Source: a virus. From it: DNA of 16,197 bases. The DNA lies in UHGV virus genome UHGV-1963518; one strand, given 5' to 3'. Both the position numbers and the translations under genes were made by a program. Below are positions 1 through 8,276 of this stretch, piece after piece (position 1 is the stretch's first letter; every line of letters starts with the position of its first letter). The notes under the pieces were generated by a model, which saw nothing but the letters and a program-made list of their open reading frames with translations, had not been told where the DNA came from and ran no database searches.

Positions 1-53
1 GCAGCGCATTCGTAATGCGAAGGTCGTAGGTTCGACTCCTATTATCGGCACCA
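1..53 (+). tRNA. thrW: tRNA-Thr (anticodon CGU), 3' portion only; 5' part lies outside the window
   Basis: Sequence GCAGCGCATTCGTAATGCGAAGGTCGTAGGTTCGACTCCTATTATCGGCACCA matches, from memory, the anticodon arm through CCA end of E. coli thrW. T-loop GGTTCGACTCC and terminal CCA at 51-53 are visible. Confidence 0.8.
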
Positions 54-104
54 TTCTAATGTCTCCCCAAGTCTACTCAAGTATTTAAAAACCTCTTATA
101 ATCC
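39..104. repeat. attL: direct repeat covering the tRNA 3' end and flank, repeated at 14704-14768
   Basis: CCTATTATCGGCACCATTCTAATGTCTCCCCAAGTCTACTCAAGTATTTAAAAACCTCTTATAATC recurs at 14704-14768 with two differences (one G missing, T to C). The exact crossover point cannot be fixed from sequence. Confidence 0.65.
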
Positions 105-144
105 GCATGTTAGCGCCCCTTTTAGTCTTTTGACGTCTACTTAA

Positions 145-219
145 GTACCCCAAAATCTACAGTCAATTGGGGGTACTTTTGGGGGTATTTGCTGTTCGGT
201 TTAGTGGAGGTACCCCCAA
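145..219. promoter_or_regulatory. Putative integrase arm-type binding sites (TTGGGGGTAC motif, four copies in both orientations)
   Basis: GTACCCCAAAA at 145-155 (inverted), TTGGGGGTAC at 167-176, TTTTGGGGGTAT at 177-188, GGTACCCCCAA at 209-219 (inverted). The identical 22-mer TTGGGGGTACTTTTGGGGGTAT recurs at the other end of the element (14629-14650). Confidence 0.45.
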
Positions 220-1434
220 GTGAAACTCAATGCCCGTCAAATAGACACTGCCAAGCCAAAAGAGAAGGCTTACAAGTTGGCTGATGGTGGTGGTCTGTAC
301 CTCCTGGTAAAACCTGGTGGAGGAGAATATTGGCGTCTCAAGTATCGTGTAGCTGGTAAAGAGAAGCTGTTAGCACTAGGTGTGTATCCTGAAGTTACCT
401 TGGCTGATGCTCGTGCAAAACGTGAAGAAGCTAAAAGGGGTATCGCTGGGGGTATCGATCCGATGGAAGCGAAACGAGAGGAAAAGATTGCCCGGGAAAC
501 GCAGTTAAACAACACCTTCAAAGATATTGCCCTTGAGTGGCACAGCAGCAAATTAAAAAAATGGTCTGCTGGTTATGCTTCAGACATCCTCGAAGCCTTC
601 AACAAAGATGTGTTCCCTTACATTGGCAAAAAACCAATCGCCGAAATCAAACCACTTGAACTGCTGAATGTGCTGCGGCGCATCGAGGGGCGCGGTGCTA
701 CCGAAAAAGCCAAAAAAGTGAGGCAGCGATGTGGGGAAGTTTTCCGCTATGCAATTGTCACTGGACGTGCTGAGTATAACCCTGCACCGGATCTCACCAG
801 CGCGATGCAAGGACATGAATCTAATCATTATCCTTTCCTCACAGCCAAAGAATTACCTGATTTTTTCAAGGCATTGTCCAGTTACTCAGGAAGTGCATTG
901 GTTGTTATGGCGGCTCGTTTACTGATTATCACCGGTTTGCGGACTGGCGAACTGCGCGGTGCATTATGGGATGAAATCGATCTCAACAAGGCTATCTGGG
1001 AGATACCTGCTTCACGGATGAAAATGCGTCGCCCTCATGTAGTGCCTTTGTCTGAGCAGGCTCTTTCGCTTATTGGGCAGATTAAAGAACTAACTGGCAA
1101 TTATCCGCTTATGTTTCCCGGCCGTAATGATCCAAGGAAAACAATGAGCGAGGCTAGCATAAACCAAGTATTTAAACGCATCGGCTATAACGGAAAGGTT
1201 ACTGGTCATGGCTTCCGGCACACTATGAGCACCATTTTGCATGAGCAGGGCTATAACACCGCGTGGATAGAGACACAGCTTGCGCACGTCGATAAAAACT
1301 CAATTCGTGGCACATACAACCATGCGCAATATCTGGATGGGCGGCGGGAAATGCTTCAGTGGTACGCTGATTATATGGATTCGCTCGAGCATGGCGGAAA
1401 TGTGGTGCATGGTGAGTTCGGAAAATGCGGGTGA
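220..1434 (+). CDS. int: Tyrosine site-specific integrase, P4 type
   Basis: 404 aa with GTG start 8 nt after GGAGG. N-terminus resembles the arm-binding domain of P4-like integrases. C-terminus has the catalytic signature HGFRHT...LAH...RGTY with an upstream RTGELR box. Position next to a tRNA att site fits. Confidence 0.93.
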   Translation: MKLNARQIDTAKPKEKAYKLADGGGLYLLVKPGGGEYWRLKYRVAGKEKLLALGVYPEVTLADARAKREEAKRGIAGGIDPMEAKREEKIARETQLNNTFKDIALEWHSSKLKKWSAGYASDILEAFNKDVFPYIGKKPIAEIKPLELLNVLRRIEGRGATEKAKKVRQRCGEVFRYAIVTGRAEYNPAPDLTSAMQGHESNHYPFLTAKELPDFFKALSSYSGSALVVMAARLLIITGLRTGELRGALWDEIDLNKAIWEIPASRMKMRRPHVVPLSEQALSLIGQIKELTGNYPLMFPGRNDPRKTMSEASINQVFKRIGYNGKVTGHGFRHTMSTILHEQGYNTAWIETQLAHVDKNSIRGTYNHAQYLDGRREMLQWYADYMDSLEHGGNVVHGEFGKCG

Positions 1435-1562
1435 CTGGTTGAGTATACAGTAGTAGACTTTGAGCGACGAAAGAAAAGGCTGTGTCTAGGGTCGCTCCCG
1501 AAAATCCGTACACCTCGACGGACTGGTACAGCCACTACAGTAGAGGACGCTGAGGTGTGCGT

Positions 1563-2360
1563 ATGATTGATATTCATGCCGAATTAAACGAATACAAAAA
1601 AGATTTTATTTCTTTACGTGAATTTCTTGAGGTCGTGCTTAAGGTCGCTGGTGATGATTATGATGTTTCAGATGTCATAACTTGGATACTCAGGAGAATA
1701 AGCGGAGAACATATCCGCCTGTACACAGTAAATGAATTTAAGCTGTTGGAATCTTTTTGTAACCCGTATCGGGATGAATTTGATAATGATGTTCTTTATA
1801 GAAATCTGAATGCGGTTCGGAAACGTGGTTGTTTACCTGGTGAGAGGGATGAAAATGGTTTTCTGGTGTCCGGTTATTGGGAAGATCCCGAATTTGAGAA
1901 CATTGGATTTATAAGGGGTGAAATTTTCGCAATTTTTCCCGATGTCCTTGACGCGTTAACGAAGCTGGAAGGCGCTAACTCTTCTGAAAATGACGAGGCA
2001 CAAGGACGCGATATTGAAAAGAAAGAGTTGCGTACAGAGGATGATTTATTATCCCAAATCGCAATGCTGGAAAAAGAAAACGCAGAGTTAAGGGCAAGGA
2101 TAGAGCAGTTAGAGCAAGAGCGCCCGATACACTTATATAAATACTGGGATAAAGACCCATTAGCTAAGGCTATTGAGATTAGAAACAGAGAGTGGGCCAA
2201 TTACGATCCAGAAAATGATTTTGCCACCAGGGGAAATCAAGAAGCGATAACCAGGGAGCTTAAGCAGTGGGGGGCAAGTAATGCACTTGCAACGCTCATA
2301 GAGAGGACTGCCTGCCCTATTAACCGAGACAACAGCCAAAAGAACGCAAAGCCGGATTAA
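1563..2360 (+). CDS. Hypothetical protein with a predicted coiled coil; accessory gene between int and alpA
   Basis: ORF 1557-2360; ATG at 1563 is better spaced from GAGG at 1552-1555. GC about 39 percent, lower than neighbours. Heptad-like stretch IAMLEKENAELRARIEQLEQE. No family recognised. Confidence 0.6.
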   Translation: MIDIHAELNEYKKDFISLREFLEVVLKVAGDDYDVSDVITWILRRISGEHIRLYTVNEFKLLESFCNPYRDEFDNDVLYRNLNAVRKRGCLPGERDENGFLVSGYWEDPEFENIGFIRGEIFAIFPDVLDALTKLEGANSSENDEAQGRDIEKKELRTEDDLLSQIAMLEKENAELRARIEQLEQERPIHLYKYWDKDPLAKAIEIRNREWANYDPENDFATRGNQEAITRELKQWGASNALATLIERTACPINRDNSQKNAKPD

Positions 2361-2375
2361 CGCACCATACCGCAT

Positions 2376-2486
2376 ACCCTGAGGGTGATTTACTGTTACC
2401 CTGAGGGTATTTTTTTATCTTCCCCGTCAATTTTACCATCACCCTTAGGGTAGATTTCCTCCCGGTAACCATTAGGCCTGAGGGTA
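2376..2486. promoter_or_regulatory. Array of four near-palindromic sites ACCCT(G/T)AGGGT upstream of alpA (putative operators; second copy may double as a terminator)
   Basis: ACCCTGAGGGT at 2376-2386 and 2398-2408 (the latter followed by ATTTTTTTA), ACCCTTAGGGT at 2441-2451, GCCTGAGGGTA at 2476-2486. Confidence 0.45.
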
Positions 2487-2554
2487 TGAAAATATTCGTT
2501 ATTTCTGTGCCATGATTACCTCGTCAAATTGAGTAGACGTTATGAGGTAAATAT

Positions 2555-2752
2555 ATGTCAAATACGCTTATTCGTTTAACAGAAGTTCAGCGTAGAACTG
2601 GATATAGCAAGGCATGGATTTATCGCCTTATGGGGCAAGGTAAATTTCCTGCATCAGTTAAAATTGGCTCGCGAGCTATTGCTTTCGTTGAGAGTGAAAT
2701 TGACGAGTGGATTAATCAGCGTATTGCGGAATCACGCGGAACAGCTACCTGA
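2555..2752 (+). CDS. alpA: AlpA-family transcriptional regulator / excisionase-like DNA-binding protein
   Basis: 65 aa with RBS GAGG upstream. Sequence LTEVQRRTGYSKAWIYRLMGQGKFPASVKIGSRAIAFVESEIDEWI is typical of the AlpA family. Its position after int matches CP4-57-like and Gram-negative PICI layouts. Confidence 0.85.
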   Translation: MSNTLIRLTEVQRRTGYSKAWIYRLMGQGKFPASVKIGSRAIAFVESEIDEWINQRIAESRGTAT

Positions 2753-2829
2753 TTAAATGGCTACGGGGCTATTGCCCCCAGCTATCCACCAGCAAATAAA
2801 AGTAACTTAATTCGATAGCAGGAGTTTTT

Positions 2830-3630
2830 ATGAAATTTCCAAAAACGCCCGTACAGGGGCGGGGCTTCGTTCGGCCTGAAAACCAGAATCTGCAAAATTT
2901 CGGCGAAATTATCCCGATTATTTCCGGCGTTATTGGCGGGAGTGAAACCACTATTGTTAGCGCCAGAGCGTTACATAAGGCGTTAGGTGTAGGGCGCGTT
3001 TTCCGTTCGTGGATCAAGGGGCGCATTGAAGAATACGGGTTCACGGAAGGCGTGGATTATGAGGTTGTTGAATATTTGAGCCGACCCGATCCGGTGAGCG
3101 CAAAATCTCGCCAGCAAACCGCTCTTGAGTACATCATCACAGTGAACATGGCGAAAGAACTGGCGATGGTCGAACGTACCGAACAGGGCCGCGCCGTTCG
3201 CCAGTACTTTATCAAATGCGAGGAGGAGCTACACAAGGTTGCGCCTGTTCGTTCCGCAGCGTTACGCCGGGAACTGAAAGCCCGTATCACAGTTGCCAGC
3301 TACTTTAAGCCAATGTGTGCCGCGCTGGAGGCGTACCGGGCTGAACTGGGTAAAAACACACTCCAGCACCACTACACCACGGAAGCGAACATGCTGGCGC
3401 GTATCGTGCTGGGTGGCATGACTGCAAAACAGTGGGCACTGGCGAACGGCATTACAGGCGAACCACGCGACCACATGAGCACGTTGCAGCTTGAGCACCT
3501 TTCTTACCTTGAGCAGAGCAATATCACGCTGATTGAGTTAGGCCAGGACTACCACCAGCGGAAGGCTGAATTAATTCGTCTTTCGCAGCGTTGGTTAGCC
3601 CGTCGCATGGAGGAAAACAGCCATGTGTAA
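2830..3630 (+). CDS. Phage antirepressor-like protein (AntA/KilAC-type domain)
   Basis: 266 aa with RBS AGGAG. Segment VSARALHKALGVGRVFRSWIKGRIEEYGFTEGVDYEVV matches the AntA-type pattern as I remember it. Family assignment is from memory only. Confidence 0.55.
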   Translation: MKFPKTPVQGRGFVRPENQNLQNFGEIIPIISGVIGGSETTIVSARALHKALGVGRVFRSWIKGRIEEYGFTEGVDYEVVEYLSRPDPVSAKSRQQTALEYIITVNMAKELAMVERTEQGRAVRQYFIKCEEELHKVAPVRSAALRRELKARITVASYFKPMCAALEAYRAELGKNTLQHHYTTEANMLARIVLGGMTAKQWALANGITGEPRDHMSTLQLEHLSYLEQSNITLIELGQDYHQRKAELIRLSQRWLARRMEENSHV

Positions 3631-4347
3631 CGCTCTGACCGTTACAAAAAGAGAAAGCGCCCCGTTGCCGGAGCGCCTTTGTGAACGAATAGCCTACTGC
3701 GCCATATTGCTTACTGTCTACGAGGCAGATTATAGCGTTGTGGTCGCACAGAGTGAAGGCGCTGATCACCGTTACTACAGCACGCCAGAAATGCAGAATA
3801 TTTTGCTGCAAAATGTCGTTGGTCACACTGTCCGGAAAGCAAAAAATTTTGCTGGTGGCGCGACTGATGCGATTTTGTCAGGTCGCCAGGTGCTGATCAA
3901 TCTGATGTCTGATTTCGTTCTGGATAAAACAAAGGCGACCGCAGAGGGCCGCCAGTGGGAAAGCTACATACTTGAACGCATCGCCAACAATGCCAGATTT
4001 GCGGCTGGTGGGCAATGTGTCAGCTTTGCACCAATGACTCTATGTTTAACTGAGGGTCATTATGGTGAATATGCTGGCTTGCTGGTGGGCTATTCCTGCT
4101 CTTTAACATTGCCATGCCGCGATGTTTTCCAGGTATGCGACCCCATTTTTGTGCGCCTGTACTCTTTAAGGAATTTCTCAAGGATAAACGCACAGGGCGC
4201 GAATCTGTTTGACTCATGCTCGTACGCTATCTTTCTGCGCTGTCTTTTCCGTGCCGGTGATGGTGTATTGGTTGATTCTTTGTTGGTCATGGCGCTGCCC
4301 TGTAAAACGATGCACCGTAGTTCCTCACACCACGGCGCTGGTGATGG

Positions 4348-4653
4348 TTACTCCAGTTCTTTGGCCTTGCGCCGCTGGAGTTCTTCACGCGCGACGGTGA
4401 CGAGTTGCCCGATCTCCTCGGCTGCTTTGACACCGATTTTTTCCACCTGCGCCAGTGCATCGAGCGAAGAAACCAGGGGATTTTCTCCGCTTCCTTCTGC
4501 CTGGCGGCGGGCGATTTCACCGCGAACGGCTGTAATCACGAAAGCGGCTATTGTTTCCCCTTCCGTTTTCGAATTTTCCATTTCCTCGATTACATCATGG
4601 GGGAAGCGGATATTTTTCATTTGCGATCTGCTGTTGATGTTTCCTGTTGCCAT
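4348..4653 (-). CDS. Putative ribbon-helix-helix (CopG/Arc-like) DNA-binding regulator, divergent from the early operon
   Basis: Minus-strand ORF. Internal Met (start at 4620) gives MKNIRFPHDVIEEMEN...ETIAAFVITAVRGEIARRQ, a beta-strand/helix/turn/helix pattern typical of RHH proteins. The opposite-strand frame here is Ser/Ala-rich nonsense. True start (4653 or 4620) is uncertain. Confidence 0.5.
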   Translation of the reverse strand: MATGNINSRSQMKNIRFPHDVIEEMENSKTEGETIAAFVITAVRGEIARRQAEGSGENPLVSSLDALAQVEKIGVKAAEEIGQLVTVAREELQRRKAKELE

Positions 4654-4743
4654 CAGAATGTCCGGTTATTTTGAGGTGTGTACACATTACACCAAAAGGT
4701 GTGTTGATAAAACACTTGACACTGTAGCACACTTAAATCTAAT

Positions 4744-4778
4744 CTGTATATACACCAATGATTGTGGTGTATATACAG
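4744..4778. promoter_or_regulatory. Perfect 14-bp inverted repeat CTGTATATACACCA-N7-TGGTGTATATACAG in the divergent intergenic region (putative operator)
   Basis: Read directly; the arms are exact reverse complements. Lies between the minus-strand RHH gene and the plus-strand operon starting at 4844. A TTGACA hexamer sits nearby at about 4718-4723. Confidence 0.55.
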
Positions 4779-4843
4779 CAACGCCCCGCAGTGGTGGCAC
4801 ACATGCAGGGCGTCTAACCAAACCGTTAAACGAGGTAACGATT

Positions 4844-5209
4844 ATGGCTGGAACACAGCATACCCAAACTCACCCTAAATTTATATACACCTTCCTGGCG
4901 GTGCACCGTGATTGCATAGCTGACGGTAAAAACACTGTACACGTAGCCGCTGATACGCTGGTTGATGCCTGCGAGATGCTCAATGACATGGGCTATATCT
5001 CGGCAACATGGAAAGGGCGCGAAGAAAACACGCTGTTTATTCAGAAATGCGAGAACAATTTTATCTGGCGTTTTATCGCCCTGAGCACAGCACAACCGCG
5101 CGTAATTCACATCGAGGCCACCAGCGAACAGGAAGCACGCCAGCAATCTCCTGATGGCTGCGTGATGGTATTCGCTGCCCGTATTCGCCAGGAGGTGGAG
5201 CATGTGTAA
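4844..5209 (+). CDS. Hypothetical protein, first gene of the early operon
   Basis: ATG at 4844 preceded by GAGG. In frame with the C-terminal third of the 528-aa ORF 3623-5209. Stop overlaps the next start (ATGTGTAA). Confidence 0.5.
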   Translation: MAGTQHTQTHPKFIYTFLAVHRDCIADGKNTVHVAADTLVDACEMLNDMGYISATWKGREENTLFIQKCENNFIWRFIALSTAQPRVIHIEATSEQEARQQSPDGCVMVFAARIRQEVEHV

Positions 5210-5426
5210 TGCAACATGGCCTGATGCAGCGGTAGACGCGATCAAAACGCTGATGGATTCACTTATTGAGATTTCTGCTATCGCTGGTGTGGCGCATAAA
5301 CACGCAGCCAGAGAATCAGAATGCATCTTCCATTATTTAGCATTTGTGCAGCTAAAAGCCGATCAGGCACTGGATAAGGCCGGAAAAATTATCATGGCTG
5401 ATGTGCAGGAGGTGCACCATGCATAA
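5202..5426 (+). CDS. Hypothetical small protein
   Basis: 74 aa. Strong RBS AGGAGGTGGAG immediately upstream. Overlaps both neighbours by a few nt. Confidence 0.5.
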   Translation: MCNATWPDAAVDAIKTLMDSLIEISAIAGVAHKHAARESECIFHYLAFVQLKADQALDKAGKIIMADVQEVHHA

Positions 5427-5775
5427 CCTGTCAATTTCTGACCTTAACAGCATTCAGTTTGACGAGATATTTTCCGGGCAGCTACTGGTCAACGTGGAGA
5501 ATGGACGCGTGGTAAGTAATTATCACCTGCCGGATGGTGCAATTGCCGGAAGCGTTGAAGCATTGCTGGAACTGGCGGAACGTGCGCGACTGATTAAGCC
5601 GTCAACGTGCCATCACGATGATGATCTGCATTTTACCGGACGCATGGTGAGTCACTACGAAAACGGCGTTGAAGTATCCCGCGAACGTCTGCGTGATGAT
5701 TGCTGTTTCGGCACACTGCCGGAATTTATCGAATTGCTGACCAGTTGCGGTTATCAGGTCATTCAGGGGGGGTAA
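5419..5775 (+). CDS. Hypothetical protein
   Basis: ORF 5401-5775; ATG at 5419 follows GGAGGTG with good spacing. Confidence 0.5.
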   Translation: MHNLSISDLNSIQFDEIFSGQLLVNVENGRVVSNYHLPDGAIAGSVEALLELAERARLIKPSTCHHDDDLHFTGRMVSHYENGVEVSRERLRDDCCFGTLPEFIELLTSCGYQVIQGG

Positions 5776-5777
5776 AC

Positions 5778-6011
5778 ATGCGTGATGATCGTTTTAATTC
5801 CCTGAAACGGGAATTTGATGGCGCACCGGAAGATGCAGCGGGCGCATTGTTGAGCGTTGCTGACATGATGAAAGCTGCATATTTTCTTATCAATACCAGT
5901 GGCTACAAGTCAGAGGGTGAAATGATTCTTAGTATTGCGTCGGACTATGCGGAATATGTGGCAGAGACGCGTTACAGAAGAAAATTCACGGAGGATGTAA
6001 GCCATGCATAA
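5778..6011 (+). CDS. Hypothetical small protein
   Basis: ORF 5700-6011; ATG at 5778 follows a G-rich RBS (GGGGGGG). Confidence 0.45.
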   Translation: MRDDRFNSLKREFDGAPEDAAGALLSVADMMKAAYFLINTSGYKSEGEMILSIASDYAEYVAETRYRRKFTEDVSHA

Positions 6012-6204
6012 TCATGAAGCGCATGTACCCGTAGTGCTTAATGTGCCAGATGATTTCACCGGACGCGTACTGGTTTACCTGGATAAAGGGAAAGTGAAAT
6101 CACAATGCCGACTGAAAAGTAATGAGATTGTTGGTTCTCCTGAATTTTTTTCTGAACTCTGTATTCGTGCGGAAATAAAACCGGAACTGCTGACAGGAAA
6201 ATAA
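6004..6204 (+). CDS. Hypothetical small protein
   Basis: 66 aa. RBS GGAGG at about 5990. Start overlaps the previous stop. Confidence 0.45.
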   Translation: MHNHEAHVPVVLNVPDDFTGRVLVYLDKGKVKSQCRLKSNEIVGSPEFFSELCIRAEIKPELLTGK

Positions 6205-6208
6205 AACC

Positions 6209-6451
6209 ATGAAAAAGAAAAATTCTGGCTTTACTGCCAGCGGTCTCTCTCGGCCTGAAATCAGACTCGGAGATATTTACCGCGACACCAGACATGGGGG
6301 ACGAGTGGTTATTCGTCACGTTACGCCAGGCAATATCACCTACCGCCGTGATTTTACGCTGGTGGACCATTATAAAGCCGTAAATCAAAAACGTGCAGCA
6401 AGCTATATCCGCAAAATCCGTGAAATGCTGGTTGCAGGGGGGAAAAAATGA
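6209..6451 (+). CDS. Hypothetical small basic protein
   Basis: 80 aa with RBS AGGAAA. Stop overlaps the primase start (ATGA). Confidence 0.5.
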   Translation: MKKKNSGFTASGLSRPEIRLGDIYRDTRHGGRVVIRHVTPGNITYRRDFTLVDHYKAVNQKRAASYIRKIREMLVAGGKK

Positions 6452-8262
6452 AACTGGCACCGAACGTAAAAAAACAGCCACGCGGAATAAAACACAAAGA
6501 CACAGAGGTAATTATTTTCGCGGGTAGTGATGCCTGGGCACACGCGAAACAATGGCAGGAACACGATGCGCGTATGGCTGGAGATAATGAGCCACCTGTT
6601 GTGCTGGCTGATGAACAACTGAAAGAGATCGGAAATCTGCAAATAGTGCCTGATGGGCGCACATCCGCGCGCATATTCAGAGCCGGACAGTTAGATCCTG
6701 TAATGGTTAAGGCAATTGGTCAGAAGCTGGCGGCGGCAAGTATACAGAATGCGAATTATTACCCTGATGGCATGCACAGCCAGAAGTGTGAGAACTGGCG
6801 TGAATACCTTGCCCGTGAGCGTAAAAACATTGATGACGGACTGATTATCCGGTTTCCGGCAAAGAAAAAAACAGAAGACAGCGCGACACCACTGGCACTT
6901 AACCAGATGGGAGCAAGCCAGCGCGGCGAAGTTCTCCTGGCACATTATGGCGGTGAACTGGCAATCAATGCGGATTCTGACACCGTTCACCACTACAACG
7001 GTGTTGTATGGGAGCCGGTACAGGATAAAGAGTTACAGCGGACTATGGCGCAGATTTTTATTGATGCGGAAATCAGCTATTCGCAGAACGCCATCAAATC
7101 GGCGGTCGATACCATGAAGTTAAGTTTGCCCGTAATGGGGAATACAGCCCGTAACCTGATTGGATTCAGTAACGGGGTATTTGATACCAGAACTGGTAAT
7201 TTTCGGGAGCATAACAAAAACGACTGGTTGTTAATTGCCAGTGAATTACCTTTCAGCCCACCAGCAGAGGGGGAAACGCTGGCAACACATGCGCCGAATT
7301 TCTGGAAGTGGTTGCGCCGTTCGGTGGCTGAGAATGACCGCAAGGCAGATCGCGTACTGGCGGCGTTATTCATGGTGCTGGCGAATCGGTACGACTGGCA
7401 GTTATTTCTTGAGGTAACGGGGCCGGGTGGAAGCGGTAAAAGCGTAATGGCGGAGATTTGCACTATGCTGGCGGGTAAGGCCAACACGGTATCGGCAAGC
7501 ATGAAGGCGCTGGAAGATGCCAGGGAACGTGCGTTAGTGGTTGGCTTTTCGCTGATTATCATGCCGGATATGACCCGTTACGCTGGTGATGGTGCAGGGA
7601 TTAAGGCCATTACAGGCGGTGATAAGGTGGCAATCGACCCGAAACATAAAGCCCCCTACTCAACACGCATTCAGGCGGTCGTGCTGGCGGTGAACAATAA
7701 CGCCATGTCATTCAGTGACCGCAGCGGTGGGATATCACGTCGTCGGGTAATATTCAATTTTTCGGAAGTTGTACCGGAGAACGAACGTGACCCTATGCTG
7801 GCTGAAAAAATAGAAGGAGAGCTGGCGGTAGTGATTCGCCACCTGCTTACACGCTTTTCTGACCAGGACGAAGCTAAACGCCTGCTATATGAGCAGCAGA
7901 AATCAGAAGAAGCCCTGGTGATAAAACGCGAGGGCGATTCGCTGGTGGACTTCTGCGGCTATCTCATGTCGTCGGTAATGTGCGATGGCCTGTTAGTGGG
8001 TAATGCTGAAATTATTCCGTTCAGCCCGCGCAGGTATCTCTATCACGCCTATCTGGCGTATATGAGGGCACACGGATTCGGTAAGCCCGTAACACTGACA
8101 CGCTTCGGTAAGGATATGCCAGGGGCAATGGCGGAATACGGCAGGGAGTATATGAAACGGAAAACGAAGCATGGCTTGCGTTCAAACGTGATACTGACAG
8201 AGGATTCAGAAGACTGGATGCCCTCATGTGCATCGGTCACAAATGACGATGGCAAAAATTAA
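6448..8262 (+). CDS. Replication initiator: primase/helicase with P4-alpha / D5-like NTPase domain
   Basis: 604 aa. Walker A GPGGSGKS and downstream acidic box LIIMPDM. Translationally coupled to the upstream ORFs. An iteron cluster lies immediately downstream. Confidence 0.8.
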   Translation: MKLAPNVKKQPRGIKHKDTEVIIFAGSDAWAHAKQWQEHDARMAGDNEPPVVLADEQLKEIGNLQIVPDGRTSARIFRAGQLDPVMVKAIGQKLAAASIQNANYYPDGMHSQKCENWREYLARERKNIDDGLIIRFPAKKKTEDSATPLALNQMGASQRGEVLLAHYGGELAINADSDTVHHYNGVVWEPVQDKELQRTMAQIFIDAEISYSQNAIKSAVDTMKLSLPVMGNTARNLIGFSNGVFDTRTGNFREHNKNDWLLIASELPFSPPAEGETLATHAPNFWKWLRRSVAENDRKADRVLAALFMVLANRYDWQLFLEVTGPGGSGKSVMAEICTMLAGKANTVSASMKALEDARERALVVGFSLIIMPDMTRYAGDGAGIKAITGGDKVAIDPKHKAPYSTRIQAVVLAVNNNAMSFSDRSGGISRRRVIFNFSEVVPENERDPMLAEKIEGELAVVIRHLLTRFSDQDEAKRLLYEQQKSEEALVIKREGDSLVDFCGYLMSSVMCDGLLVGNAEIIPFSPRRYLYHAYLAYMRAHGFGKPVTLTRFGKDMPGAMAEYGREYMKRKTKHGLRSNVILTEDSEDWMPSCASVTNDDGKN

Positions 8263-8276
8263 ACTTATGGAATAAC

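Noticed and set aside
270-1577. Minus-strand ORFs inside and just after the integrase (270-551, 580-828, 1090-1287, 1223-1513, 1371-1577) and plus-strand 731-925
   Set aside because: They are antisense to or out of frame with a well-supported integrase gene, have low-complexity composition and no RBS.
3623-5209. 528-aa plus-strand ORF taken as a single gene
   Set aside because: It crosses the antisense of the RHH gene (Ser/Ala-rich translation) and the palindromic intergenic region. Only its 4844-5209 portion has an RBS and a coupled neighbour.
6056-8255. Minus-strand ORFs overlapping the small-ORF operon and primase (6056-6481, 6354-6674, 6403-6642, 6691-6993, 7077-7562, 8021-8233, 8049-8255) and plus-strand 7235-7417
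   Set aside because: Antisense or out-of-frame shadows of the coupled plus-strand genes.
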